From contig OX597829.1 of assembly GCA_951406725.2 (NCBI GenBank), positions 48,918,001 to 48,982,000 on the forward strand: a stretch of DNA of 64,000 nucleotides, read 5' to 3'. Under the pieces are notes generated by a model that saw only the letters and a list, made by a program, of their open reading frames with translations, was not told the origin of the DNA and ran no database searches. This DNA is from Octopus vulgaris (lineage: Eukaryota). Position numbers and translations under genes: made by a program. Position 1 is the first letter of the stretch. The number at the start of each line of letters is the position of its first letter. Shown here piece by piece: positions 1-12,268 of this stretch.

Positions 1-69
1 GCATGCATATATTTATATACATACATATATAATATTTATATATAGATGAACACACACATCTCTCTCTCT

Positions 70-77
<8 letters not shown>

Positions 78-106
<29 letters not shown>

Positions 107-758
107 TGTATGTATGTATGTATGTATGTATGTATGTATGTATGTATGTATGTATGTATGTATGTATGTGTGTATGTATGTATGTATGTATGTGTGTACG
201 TATGTATGTGTGTGTGTATGTATGTATGTATGTGTGTATGCATGCATGTATGTATGTATGTATGTATGTATGTATGTTTGTATGTATGTATGTATGTATG
301 TATGTATGTACGTGCGTATGTATGTATGTATGAATGTATGTATGTATGTATGTATGTATATATGTATGTATGTATGTATGTGGGTATGTATGTATGTATG
401 TATGTATGTAAGTATGTATGCATGTATGTATGTATGTATGTACGTGCGTATGTATGTATGTATGAATGAATGTATGTATGTATGTATGTATGTATGTATG
501 TATGTATGTATGTGGGTATGTATGTATGTATGTATGTATGTTTCTATGTATGTGGGTATGTATGTATGTATGTATGTATGTATGTATGTATGTATGTATG
601 TATGTATGTATGTATGTATGTATGTATGTATGTATGTATGTATGTATGTATGTATGTATGTATGTATGTATGTATGTATGTATGTATGTATGTATGTATG
701 TATGTATGTATGTATGTATGTACGTATGTATGTATGTATGTATTCATGTATGTATGTA
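78..758. repeat. (TATG)n microsatellite
   Basis: Direct tandem TATG; source of the MYVC/HTYI pseudo-ORFs. Confidence 0.98.
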
Positions 759-761
759 TAA

Positions 762-955
762 ACGAAACAAGCCAGTGAGATCCGTAAAGGTAGAGACCAA
801 AAGAGTAAGACAATCCAATGGTAATCCGGGTGGATAGCTGGAATGTGGATGAGGAGCGGTGCTAAAGGGTCTGGAAGTGGTTAAGATATGCAAGTCCAAG
901 AGAGTGGGAAGTTCAGTCAGGATCAAACTAGGGTAACCACGTGAGTGTATAAAAT
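762..955 (-). mobile_element. Penelope-like RT C-terminal fragment
   Basis: ORF 744..1055(-) HFIHSRGYPSLIL resembles HFILRGYPLTII of the PLE at 19029-20551. Confidence 0.5.
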
Positions 956-1657
956 GTAGTTCAAACTTATAGAAAAACAAAAGACGAAGACAGATGTAGG
1001 AACAACAAGTAAGTGTATTAGTTTGACGCACGGAGTAAATGGAAAGGTCTTTCACGTTTCGAGCCTATGCTCTTCGACTGAAAGGGATAAAAGGAAATTA
1101 ATGGAGAGACAAAATGTAAGAAAAAAAAAATCGAGTTGATTTCAGTGGTCCAGCATTGCGAATGATTGCAAACCAAAAAAAAAAAAAGAGGTTGAATGAA
1201 AGGGAGATAATTCATGGTGATCTCAACAAGAGGAAGTGAGCAAATGTGTGTGTGTATGTGAAAATGGTGTGTGAGTGTGTGTGTATGCATGAATAGGGGC
1301 AAGTGAGTTTAACGCGTGTGTAATAGTGTGCGGAGTAGGTGATGAGTTGAACAGTGTGTATGGGTGTGTATAGTGGTATGTGTGGGTGAGGGTACCGAGC
1401 TGGAAAGTATGCAGGTGTGTCGGTGGGGGTTTGGGAGGTTCGGCCAGACGAAGAAGTGTGGCGGTGTCAGGCTGTGGGTCAGGCCGAAGGTTTAGAAAGT
1501 GTTTAAGCGCAAAAAGTCCTTCGTTGTGTGGGATCACCGTATATAAACTTTTGATATGAAGAGTGAACAGAAGTTGAGAGGGACCAGAAGGGAAGAAGAA
1601 AGAGTTAAATAGACACAGAGCGTGGTTGGTGTCGTGGAAGCAAGCCACTTTATCCAC
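955..1657 (-). mobile_element. Internally deleted Penelope-like element: RT motif-A region, endonuclease tail, 3' UTR/pLTR with HHR
   Basis: HDTNHALCLFNSFFFPSGPSQLLFTLHIKSLYTVIPH is near-identical to ORF 19133; then FQLGTL, CA-rich UTR and the HHR unit. Confidence 0.8.
1049..1084 (-). ncRNA. Minimal type I hammerhead ribozyme, decayed
   Basis: rc CTTT-CAGTCGA-A-GAGC-ATAG-GCTC-GAAAC-GTG-AAAG; core and triplet mutated. Confidence 0.55.
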
Positions 1658-1676
1658 TCTCTATTTCCTCTTATTC

Positions 1677-1711
1677 CTTTCTGTTGAAGAGCGCAAGCTC
1701 GAAACGTAAAA
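1677..1711 (+). ncRNA. Minimal type I hammerhead ribozyme (A6U core variant) in inverted pLTR copy ~1655-1803
   Basis: TTT-CTGTTGA-A-GAGC-GCAA-GCTC-GAAAC-GTA-AAA. Confidence 0.65.
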
Positions 1712-1913
1712 TACTTTTCCATTTTTCCCGAGCGTCAAAGTAATATACCTGCCTGTTGTTTCTACACCTGTCTTCGTCTTTGGTTTTCTATCAATTTGAA
1801 CTAAATATACACACTAGCGGTTCGGCAAAGAGACCGATGGAATAAGTACTAAGCTTACAAAAAATAGGTCCTGGGGTCGATTTGTTCGACTAAAAGCGGT
1901 GCACCGTCATATG

Positions 1914-2340
1914 GGCGCAAGCGTGGCTGTGTGGTAAGAAGCTTGATTCCATCCACATAGTTCTGGGTTCATTCCCACTGCGTGACACCTTGGGCAAGCG
2001 TCTTCTGCTATAGCCTCGGGCTGACCAAAGTCTTGCGAATGGATTGGATTTGGTAGACGGAAACTAAAAGAAGTTTGTCGAATATATATGTATGTGTGTG
2101 TGAGTGTGTGTGTATTTATGTATGTGTCTGTGTTTGTTCCCCCACCATCACTTATCAACCGATGTCGGTGTGTTTATGTCGCAATAACTTAGCGTTTCGG
2201 CAAAAGAGATCCGATAAAATTAGTACTGGGCTTACAAAGAATAAGTCCTAGGGCCAAATTGATCGGTTGTTCGGCTAAAGGTGTTGCTCCAGCATGGCCG
2301 CAGTCAACTGACTGAAATAAGTAATAGAATAAAAGGAATA
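1914..2340 (+). mobile_element. tRNA-derived SINE family A (CORE-like, internal microsatellite)
   Basis: A box TGGCTGTGTGGTAAG, B-box-like GGTTCATTCCC, CCTTGGGCAAG core, internal (TA)/(TG), shared 3' tail; many copies in window. Confidence 0.85.
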
Positions 2341-2353
2341 AAATAATATATAT

Positions 2354-2396
<43 letters not shown>

Positions 2397-2558
2397 TAGA
2401 CGCAGGAGTGACTGCGTGGCAAGTTTTCTTCCCAATCACGTGGTTCTGTGACCAGTCCTATTGCTTGGTACTTTGAAGAAGTGTATTCTGCTATAGTCTC
2501 GCCCCGACCAAAGGCTTGTGAATGGATTTGGGAGAGGGAAACAGAAAAGAAGCCCATC

Positions 2559-2605
<47 letters not shown>

Positions 2606-2610
<5 letters not shown>

Positions 2611-2785
2611 AATCCCAAAAAGAAGAACAGACGCAAAGAAACAATAACGCGAGGACGTGGTACATGTAAAGTATTAGAAGACGCTCAGGGAAGGAATGAA
2701 AGATGGTTTAACGTTTCGAGCAGATGCTCTTCTTCTGAAAGAGGAAAACCCAATAGAAGGGAAGGTGGAGGAAGAAAATCGCCAA
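2606..2785 (-). mobile_element. HHR-bearing pLTR-like unit (motif 2706-2741)
   Basis: rc TTT-CAGAAGA-A-GAGC-ATCT-GCTC-GAAAC-GTT-AAAC; flanks align with units at 27625, 30100, 34298. Confidence 0.65.
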
Positions 2786-2799
2786 CAATTCACATGTTG

Positions 2800-2906
<107 letters not shown>

Positions 2907-2970
2907 AACACACACACACACACACACATAATATTAATATAATAGATGAAATGTTTAATAGACTTTATTG

Positions 2971-3012
2971 GTACAACACATGTTTCGACCCGTTCTGGGT
3001 CCCTTCAGGTAC
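2971..3012 (-). ncRNA. Type I hammerhead ribozyme at the 3' end of a PLE fragment
   Basis: rc GTAC-CTGAAGG-GACCC-AGAAC-GGGTC-GAAAC-ATGT-GTT-GTAC then AATAAA; upstream reads LILE..HITVLKPT like a GIY-YIG C-terminus. Confidence 0.7.
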
Positions 3013-3401
3013 ATCAATAAAAAGTTTCACTAGAGATTTCTTGCGTTGGCTTAAGTACCGTTATATGTCCATCAAGTTCGAGAATGAGTAAAATCAGAGA
3101 CAAATTATTCAAACGCAAAAAATTTCAAATAAGAACGTGGAAAGGACACATCCTAGTTTAAAGAAAATGTCGTATTGAGTTTACGCCGTTGTAACTGTTA
3201 AGAGAAAGAAAAGGAAGTAGAAGTTGAAAGGAAGATAATACTTACACGAAAATTCTATTACACTTTCCATTTCCTATTTTATTAATACAGTTAGCCCAAC
3301 CGCCATTACGATGTCCCTGCAGTAAATCTACGAATAACAACAGGTAATCGAGACTGTGCGGTGCTTTACTCATCCATTTATACATTTTGTACAATTTCTC
3401 C

Positions 3402-3450
<49 letters not shown>

Positions 3451-3517
3451 CTTTATACTACAAGAAGAACAAGAAGAGTTACTCCACCATATGTAATTTG
3501 AGCAAACTATGTTATTT

Positions 3518-3734
3518 ACTCTTTTACTTGTTTCAGTCATTTGACTGCGGCCATGCTGGAGCACCGCCTTTAGTCGAGCAAATCGAACCCGGGACTTATT
3601 CTTTGTAAGCCCAGTACTTATTCTATCGGTCTCTTTTGCCGAACCGCTAAGTGACGGGGACATAAACACACCAGCATCGGTTGTCAAGCAATGCTAGAGG
3701 GACAAACACAGACACACAAACACATATACACACA

Positions 3735-3781
<47 letters not shown>

Positions 3782-3944
3782 GCGACAGGCTTCTTTCAGT
3801 TTCCGTCTACCAAATCCACTCACAAGGCATTGGTCGGCCCGGGGCTATAGCAGAAGACACTTGCCCAAGATGCCACACAGTGGGACTGAACCCGGAACCA
3901 TGTGGTTGGTTAGCAAGCTACTTACCACACGGCCACTCCTGCGC
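3518..3944 (-). mobile_element. SINE family A, full length
   Basis: Reverse complement of the family A head, core and tail. Confidence 0.9.
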
Positions 3945-4287
3945 TTATTTGATTAAAAAGCAGAAATGTTTATACCTACGTTTGAATTACTTCCCTTCTT
4001 ACCCTTCTAAATATGCATACATTCGCACACAAGCATATGTTTATATAATAAATGTGATCATGGTAATTTTTTTTATCGCAAAAATATATCGTTCTACATT
4101 GTGGAAAATTTCCATTCCGCTTATTATTCTGCTTCTCAGTTTTCCTGTATTTGACATATTAACCGACATAGGTATTTGTGATTATCTATTATTTCTCTAT
4201 TACTGTGTTTTCCATCATTCTCCCGTCATTATTTCTCTATTACTGTGTTTTCCATCATTCTCCCGTTCATTCAACCTCTTTTTATTA

Positions 4288-4398
4288 TTATCTCCCTTTC
4301 ATTCAACCTCTTTTTTTTTTGTTTGCAATCATTCGCAATGCTGGACCACTGAACTGAACTCGGTTATTTTTCTTTCATTGTCTCTCCATTAATTTCCA
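4288..4398 (+). mobile_element. PLE 3' UTR fragment, stops before the HHR
   Basis: Reverse-complement match to ~1093-1210 (TTCAACCTC...GCAATGCTGGACCACTGAA...CCATTAATTTCC). Confidence 0.7.
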
Positions 4399-4957
4399 TA
4401 TATCGTCAGCCATGTCGCAATTTGTCATATACTTCTTCGTTCCCTGGTGTATGTTCCACTCCGCTTTTTTCATAATCTATTTAATTTTTTTTTGAGTTGT
4501 CCTTCCGATTCCCATTAGTGGCGATTGCTCTGTCATCCACACAATGTGGAATTGTTAAGGACTCGCCGCTTATCATTATTCACTTCAAATTTGATCATTA
4601 AAAAAGGGGAAAACTATAATCAACCAATGTGGTTTGCCAACTGTAGTGTATAAAGAATGGAAGATGGAAGGCGTACCTTTCATCTCATGAAGAATAAAAA
4701 AAAAAGAAAAGAAAAGAAATAAGTGACAATGGAATAAGCCATGAAAGAATATTGATTATTATTATTTTCCTGAAAGATAGAATTAAATGTGTTGAAATAA
4801 GATAGAAGACAGAAGTCAGATAATATATACTTGAAGAAATAGGAAGAACAAAGAAGAAGGCAGAAGACTTGACCAGAATAAAGGACAGTTGAAGACGGAT
4901 ATAAGGAACCATGGAATAGATATTCTATGAGTGGAGATGAGTAGGAGGAGTATATAT

Positions 4958-5187
4958 ATTTCTTTACTACCCACAAGGGGCTAAACACAGAGGAGACAAA
5001 CAAGGACAGACAAAGCGATTAAGTCGATTCCATCGACCCCAGTGTGTAACTGGTACTTAATTTATCGACTCCGAAAGGATCAAAGGCAAAGTCGACCTCG
5101 GCGGAATTTGAACTCAGAACGTAACGGCAGACGAAATACGGCTACACATTTCGCCCGGCGTGCTACCGTTTCTGCCAGCTCGCCGCC
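4958..5187 (-). mobile_element. SINE family B (Meta/MESC-like domain) with 15-bp TSD
   Basis: rc GCCTTTGATCCTTTCGGAGTCGATAAATTAAGTACC; TSD TAGGAGGAGTATATA at 4942 and 5189. Confidence 0.88.
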
Positions 5188-5346
5188 ATAGGAGGAGTAT
5201 ATAGAAAGGCAGATGGAGTGATAACACTGAAGATTACATGGAGGCGATAAGGAAGGTGGGGAGGGACGAGCTTGGTTTGACCAAGAATGGCAATGAGGAG
5301 AAAGAGATAATCCAAAATTGGATTGCTATATACCGTCTGAGTGGAT

Positions 5347-5730
5347 GGAAGCACTCCGTCGGTTACGACGACGAGGGTTCCGGTTGATCCGATCGACGGA
5401 ACAGCCTGCTCGTGAAATTAACGTGTAAGTGGCTGAGTACTCCACAGACACGTGTACCCTTAACGTAGTTCTCGGGGATATTCAGCGTGACACATAGAGT
5501 GACAAGGACGGCCCTTTGAAATACAGGTACAACAGAAACAGGAAGTAAGAGTGAGAGAAAGTTGTGGTGAAAGAGTACAGCAGGGATCACCACCATCCCC
5601 TGCCGGAGCCTCGTGGAGCTTTTTTAGGTGTTTTCGCTCAATAAACACTCACAACGCCCGGTCTGGGAATCGAAACCGCGATCCTACGACCGCGAGTCCG
5701 CTGCCCTAACCACTGGACCATTGCGCCTCC
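5347..5730 (-). mobile_element. tRNA-derived SINE family C (~385 bp)
   Basis: tRNA-like head rc GGAGGCGCAATGGTCCAGTGGTTAGG...GGTTTCGATTCC; six similar copies in window. Confidence 0.92.
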
Positions 5731-5939
5731 ACTGAGTAAATGTCTGAGTAAATGTGTAAGAAAATATACCAGGCTGAGTCAAAAGTGTTTTTCTTATATT
5801 CACTGATGATTTTTGGTAACTTGCATCTTCATATTATATCCTTGATTCGATACAAATTGATGTCTAATCATTGCTGAATTGTTTATTGCTTCTTTTTTTG
5901 TTCATAGAAAACATATCAATATTAATTGTTTATACGTTA

Positions 5940-6168
5940 CTACTCTTTACTCTCTTTTATTCTCTTTTACTTGTTTCAGTCATTTGACTGCGGCCATGCT
6001 GGAGCACCGCCTTTTAATCGAGCAACTCGACCCCGGGACTTATTCTTTGTAAGCCCAGTACATATTCTATCGGTTCTCTTTTGCCGAACCGCTAAGTGAC
6101 GGGGACATAAACACACCAGCATCGGTTGTCAAGCAATGCTAGGGGGACAAATACAGACACACAAACAT

Positions 6169-6248
<80 letters not shown>

Positions 6249-6413
6249 GACGGGCTTCTTTCAGTTTCCGTCTACCAAATCCACTCACAAGGCTTTGGTC
6301 GGCCCGAGGCTATAGTAGAAGACACTTGCCCAAGGTGCCACGCAGTGGGACTACTGAACCCGGAACCATGAGGTTGGTAAGCAAGCTACTTACCACACAG
6401 CCACTCCTGCGCC
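5940..6413 (-). mobile_element. SINE family A, full length
   Basis: Matches other family A copies end to end. Confidence 0.9.
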
Positions 6414-6559
6414 GATATAATGAGTGGTAAAATAATTGCAATTGGAACCATTTTAGGCTACCTGTTGGTAAAAAAAAGGGCTAAGTTCACGGGCAGCGAC
6501 AAAAAAGAAACTAATGATTTAGGATTTCAGCTTGATGCTCTTACTGAAAGCGAATTCTC

Positions 6560-7400
6560 TCCGCACATTATTGAGAGTCCTTGGAGCTGAATCAAGACTT
6601 GTTCCGTTTTCCTAGTTGTAAATAAAACTTCTGCCACTAGACAAAAGGATGCGCCGTGACAGTTAATTTCTCTAATATCTTCATGACAAAATTTGATACA
6701 CAGTTAATAGAAACATTCAAATCCCTGCACGGCCGGTCATAAATCTATTTTCTGGTTATAGTTTATTGATGACGTCTTTTTTACTTGTCTGAGAAGGAAC
6801 GCAAGATAGCTGAATTACGCTTTTGCATTTTTATAAGTCCAACATAAAATTCTCTCCGAGGTTTTCATAAGGAGGCGTCAATTTTTATGGACACAAAAGT
6901 TTAGTTTTCAGAAGGCCGCATAGTGACAGAGTTATTTTGCAAACCTGTATCATCCTACATTTATCTTCACAGCCACTACGATCATCCACGCAATACAATT
7001 AAATTAAATCAGAAGTCCCGATTTTTGAGATTAACACGGATTCGTATTCACATAACGGACTATTGGAAACGTGCAAATGGTTTTGTGCGCCATTATGTCA
7101 AACGCTGTTATAGTGAATCACGATTGAAAGAAATCGCAAATGATACAGATAACATTAGCAATGAATGTCAAACTTTCACGCCTAATTATAGCAAACTAAA
7201 ATTTATGCCCGAATTCCTTTTGTAATTAACTGGCACCGAAATTTCGCTGGCATTTCAAAAGCGTTGCACGAAACTTACCAACGTATTTCAGAAAAATATC
7301 CTCGCTTCAAACAAATATTTCTTCATCCGCCTATGGAAGCCTTTAGATGCAACAAAAATATAAAAGAACTAATAACTAGTATCTCTATTCCTAATAAAAA
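6560..7400 (+). mobile_element. Decayed Penelope-like RT
   Basis: FWL*FIDDVFF, TELFCKPVSSYIYLHSHYDHP, SRFLRLTRI, PPMEAFRCNKNIKELI. Confidence 0.8.
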
Positions 7401-7980
7401 CTCCATTGTAGTTTCTGAACGTTGTAACCCTGAGAAGAGGTCACAGGGCACTTTGTGCAAGTGTCTTCTACTGTAGCCTCGTGCCGATCAAAGGCATATG
7501 AGTGGATTTGGTAGACGGAATCTGATAGAAGCACGGTGTATATTCTTTTATTCTTTTATTTGTTTCAGTAATTTGAATGCGGCCATGCTGGAACACCACT
7601 TTTAGTCGAACAAATAGACACCAAGACTTATTCTTTGTACGCCTAGAACTTATCCTATCGGCCTTTTTTGCCGAACCGTTATGTTGCGGGGATGTAAACA
7701 CACCAACATCGGTTGTTAAGCGATGATAGAGCTACAAATACAGACACACAAACACATACACACACATACATACATACACACACGCACACACGCACACACA
7801 CACTCGCACACACACACAAACGACGGGCTTCTTTCAGTTTCCGTCCACCAAATCCACTCACAAGAATCGAGGCTATAGTAGAAGACACTTGTCCAAGGCG
7901 TCATGCAGTGAGACTGAACTCGGAACCATGTATTTGGTAAGCAGGCTACTTGCCATGCAACTACTCTTGCGCCTGTCTCC

Positions 7981-8245
7981 ACTGTTCTGGTTTTTGTTTC
8001 CGTCTTTGGCCCTCCATAACTCCAAAATTTTATTTTGGTATTTATGGGAGAAACTGTTTTCGTAGACTCATATTGTCATTGATTGCTCGAAATGGGGAGT
8101 AGAAAGACGGCCAACAACTGATGAAGGGTCGTTCTTTCTATTACTTGTCTTGTTTTCCATCTTTTCTCTCGTTATTTGCGAATTTAACTCATTTGTTTTC
8201 GTATTTCATGTTGTTTACTGTTGGTGGCATCCTGTACCCAAATAT
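7981..8245 (+). mobile_element. Short repeat carrying a permuted HHR-like motif
   Basis: Shares ends (CTGT.CTG.TTTTTGTT...TCCTGTACCCA) with 51413-51666; followed by (TA)n. Confidence 0.6.
8067..8129 (+). ncRNA. Non-circularly permuted hammerhead candidate
   Basis: CTCAT-A^TTGT...GCTC-GAAA-TGGG...ACAA-CTGATGA-A-GGGT. Confidence 0.6.
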
Positions 8246-8561
8246 ATATATATATAAATAACCTCTGACGTACCCTATTTTTAAATGCGCACAACCTCAA
8301 TATATTGACAACTATAGGCAATAAAAATAAAAATAACTACTTTTAACCATAGACTGAAACAGCTGTAAGAAGTGATTTTAATGATTTCAATAATTTATAT
8401 TATATTATGATTTTTATAATTTGTATTCTTATCTTATACGTATTGAATTATAAGATATATATGTATGCTATTAAGGTTCTCATTTTGTTAAATGAATAAA
8501 TAATTCAGCATTCTAATATCCGAAAGTTGATGAACAAACTAAATTTGTTTCTCCATTTTCT

Positions 8562-8660
<99 letters not shown>

Positions 8661-8908
8661 TGTTTCTGTTTGTCCTGCCTCCCACCGCTTGACGATCGGT
8701 GTAGCTGTGTTTACGTCCCCGTAACTTCGGCAAAAGAGAATACAGCAAGTACTAGGACTTTAAAAAAAATATTAAGTTCTGAAGTCGATTTGCTGGACGA
8801 AACTTGTTGAAGCTGATGCCTCAGCATGGCCACAGTTAAATGACCGAAACAAAATAAACGATAAAAGACAAGTAAGACACATTAATATAATGTTTCTTAA
8901 ATGTTTCA

Positions 8909-9212
8909 ACAGAGGAAGAAGATGCAGGAAATTCATGTGGTCGCTTTAGTAGCAAAGTGGCTAAGATTAGACCACAATTTCTAAGAATCGCATGGGGGAT
9001 AGTGAGGTCGTAGGGTTGTAAGTGTTGTAATTCATTTCTAATTTATTTATCGCTTTACCATCTATTAAATCTGAAACTAGAAGACTGTGCCTATTTTGAA
9101 TAAAGAACAAGATTGAGTTGACAGCTCATGGCTAGGTATGGTCATGTAGTCTTTTCTTCGCCACTTTGCTACAATAGCGACAACGGGAATTTCTTCCATC
9201 TTAATAACTGTA
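8909..9212. mobile_element. Old MITE/foldback element
   Basis: Imperfect 48-bp inverted repeats 8919-8966 and 9155-9202; right end CTG-TA. Confidence 0.55.
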
Positions 9213-9273
9213 AAAATATTTAAGAAAAATTACATTAATGTGTCCTACTTATTAATACAAAATCTATATTTTG

Positions 9274-9359
9274 TGCAGCTGAAGATAGCACTGCATTTAA
9301 ATTGATGTAATAATTACTTTGTTCAATTAAATAGATCTGCTTGAAACGGCCGTACAGCA
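9274..9359 (+). ncRNA. Type I HHR-like motif with long stem II insert
   Basis: TGCAG-CTGAAGA-T-AGCA...TGCT-T-GAAAC-GGCC-GTA-CAGCA. Confidence 0.55.
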
Positions 9360-10180
9360 TTACTACTTGAAATCCTGTTGCTTATATATATATGTATTAT
9401 AGATATGTACAGCATTTCTCCATTACACAGGACAAGTCAGTAGAAAATCAAATAAACACCATAGTGTTTAAATAGATTTTGGAGAAGAATACAGTAAATC
9501 GAAATGGTAGTTGGTATGTCATCAGACCCGGTGCTTTACAAAATTTAATGTCTGAAGTTGTTATATCAGAATAAGAGGAGTAAGCTACAAAAAACGATAC
9601 AAGCATTTCAGAATGGATTGTTCTATGCCATGTAAATGCTTGCTGCGTGATATATACGTCGTAGAAAGTAAGCTGTAAATATGGCAGTTTAAGGTGGGTG
9701 GAGAAATAATGAATAGGGAACATCATCAAAGCTGATTGATAGCCAATTAGAGATAGAGAGAGAGAGGACTTAAGCATACTGCAGCATCTGTCGAGGTTTG
9801 AAAGCTTGTACACTGAAAAGCTTGTAAACTGTTAAAAGTTGTACAAAAACGTGTTTTTTTTCTTCTTCTTCCATTTCCTGTCTGATTGATCATCTTACAT
9901 GAATTACACTTGCAATAGTTGATTGTGGCTATTCATCAATAAACGATGACTAAATTGACACGTTCTATTGATGTTTTAGAAAGAATAGATATTGAATTTA
10001 GTTCAGTTCAATTCAATTTCTTGTCATTACGCAGCAACACAATGAAACGTAGGAAATAGACTCCGTGAATGCTGTGTAAAATGGCTCTCTTTTAATATAC
10101 CGCGTTCCTCTCTAATATATTGGATGTTTTCATTTCGTTTCATTTTCGGCATTCAATCAAGATAGGAATTCAATCAACTG

Positions 10181-10181
10181 T

Positions 10182-10226
<45 letters not shown>

Positions 10227-10227
10227 A

Positions 10228-10279
<52 letters not shown>

Positions 10280-10336
10280 ATAATAATAATAATAATAACA
10301 ACAACAATAATAATAACAATAATAATAATAACAACG

Positions 10337-10411
<75 letters not shown>

Positions 10412-10437
10412 CTGCTGCTGCTGATGATGATGATGAT
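10181..10437. repeat. (TAC)n(AAT)n compound microsatellite
   Basis: Direct. Confidence 0.97.
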
Positions 10438-10820
10438 TTCAAATTTTGACACAAGGTCAGCAATTTAGGGAGAGAGGATAAGTCGATTACATCGACCCCA
10501 ATACGCAACTGGCACTAAATTCATCGCCCTCCACCCCGAAAGATTGAAAGGCAAAGTCAATTCCAGTGGAATTTGAACTCAGAACGTAGAGACGGACGAA
10601 ATACCTATTTCTTTACTACCCACAAGGGGCTAAACATAGAGAGGACAAACAAGGACAGACAGACGGATTAAGTCGATTATATCGACCCCAGTGTATAACT
10701 GGTACTTATTTAATCGACCCTGAAAGGATGAAAGGCAAAGTCGACCTCGGCGGAATTTGAACTCTGAACGTAACGGCAGACGAAATACTGCTAAGCATTT
10801 CGCCCGGCTTGCTAACGATT
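10438..10820 (-). mobile_element. SINE family B dimer
   Basis: Two Meta-like domains joined by GACGAAATACCTATTTCTT. Confidence 0.85.
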
Positions 10821-10854
10821 CAGTCAGCTCATAATTCATCTATTTGTCACATGA

Positions 10855-10976
<122 letters not shown>

Positions 10977-11148
10977 ATAAATACTAAATGTGTTATACAA
11001 GTCTGAGTACGAAACATTTGGAGATGTACGCACACATACATGTCTACAGATGCATACATACATACATACATACATACATACATACATACATACACACACA
11101 CATACATACATACGTATATGTCAACAGACACATACATGCAGAACCTCA

Positions 11149-11198
<50 letters not shown>

Positions 11199-11714
11199 TA
11201 ACAACAACCACAACAACAAAATTAGGTGAGAGAGAATAAATCAGAGACGCTAATGACACGGATTAGGCAACAAAGATACAGGAATTTATTCCTAGATATC
11301 AGACATGATAAATTATTTATCTACGAAAATAATCTTTGTGATCTTTGTTTTACGTGAAAATAAACAAACATCTGGCGTTAATTGCAGCCGATTCCAAACT
11401 TGAAAGGGGAGATAACCTCAGCGAATCAATTTCCCGAGTAAAAATTTTATGAGGAAAAAAGATATAAGACATTCGAAATATTTCTGTACTCAGGCTTTTT
11501 CATCTTAGTTGCAGCTCCGTACATGCGCGCGTGGGCCACAGTACGGACACAGGCGTGGCTGTGTGGTAAGGAGCTTGCTTACCAACCACATGGATTCGGG
11601 TTCAGTTCCAGTGAATGACACCTTGGGCAAGTGTCTTTTACTATATCCTCGGGCCTACCGAAGACTTGTGAGTGGATTTGGTAGACGGAAACTGAAAGAA
11701 GCCCATCGTATGTA

Positions 11715-12260
11715 TCTATAATAATAAACGCGAGATTCTGTCTGTTCGTCCGAGACCCTGTATCTCCTTCTACATTTGCTCTACATAGACATATTATATC
11801 TTTTTGGAATCAGTATGACCCCGGGATTGAAGATCTACCCTTCATTTAGTTCTGGAACATCCAATATTGGGATCAGATTTAAAAGCTTTTGAGTTGCTAT
11901 TTCTAGCGAGTAAAGCTTGGCTGATTCACGCCATCTTGATTGGCGTTCGTTTGATGACGTCAGGGAACAAGGGGGAGATAAATGACATTCGCTTCGTTAA
12001 TTTTACGTCGAGATAAGAACTTTGGGACAAATTGGTCAAAAGTTGAATTGAACTTGGGACTGGAACAATTGAATGGTTGCATTACAGAATTAATTCTCAT
12101 CTGTCCTTAACCTCTGATCAAACACCACCAGGGCATATAGTCGTTATAGATGCATTGTAGTCATGCTATTTAGCTCTCTTTAGTTTGGGGCTACAGGGCC
12201 AATTAGCCCTCTGCAGGAGCCAAGTCAAAAGTCCACACGGAATGCGGTTTTTTAAGCTAG
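11715..12260 (+). mobile_element. Non-autonomous Helitron
   Basis: 5' A|TCTATAATAATAAA; subterminal hairpin CCACA-CGGAA-TGCGG; 3' CTAG|T; no TSD. Confidence 0.7.
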
Positions 12261-12268
12261 TATATATA

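Noticed and set aside
4640-5345. Possible CR1/L2-like LINE 3' remnant (similar case: RTE-like trace at 9430-9750)
   Set aside because: Only faint peptide resemblance; not supportable
5363-5648. Recurrent ORFs MVVIPAVLFHH / MFIERKHLK
   Set aside because: Incidental frames within SINE C copies, with non-ATG starts and frameshifting indels between copies
8085-8129. Ordinary type II hammerhead using GTA at 8099-8101
   Set aside because: No stem I forms after that triplet; the upstream ATA site gives all three stems
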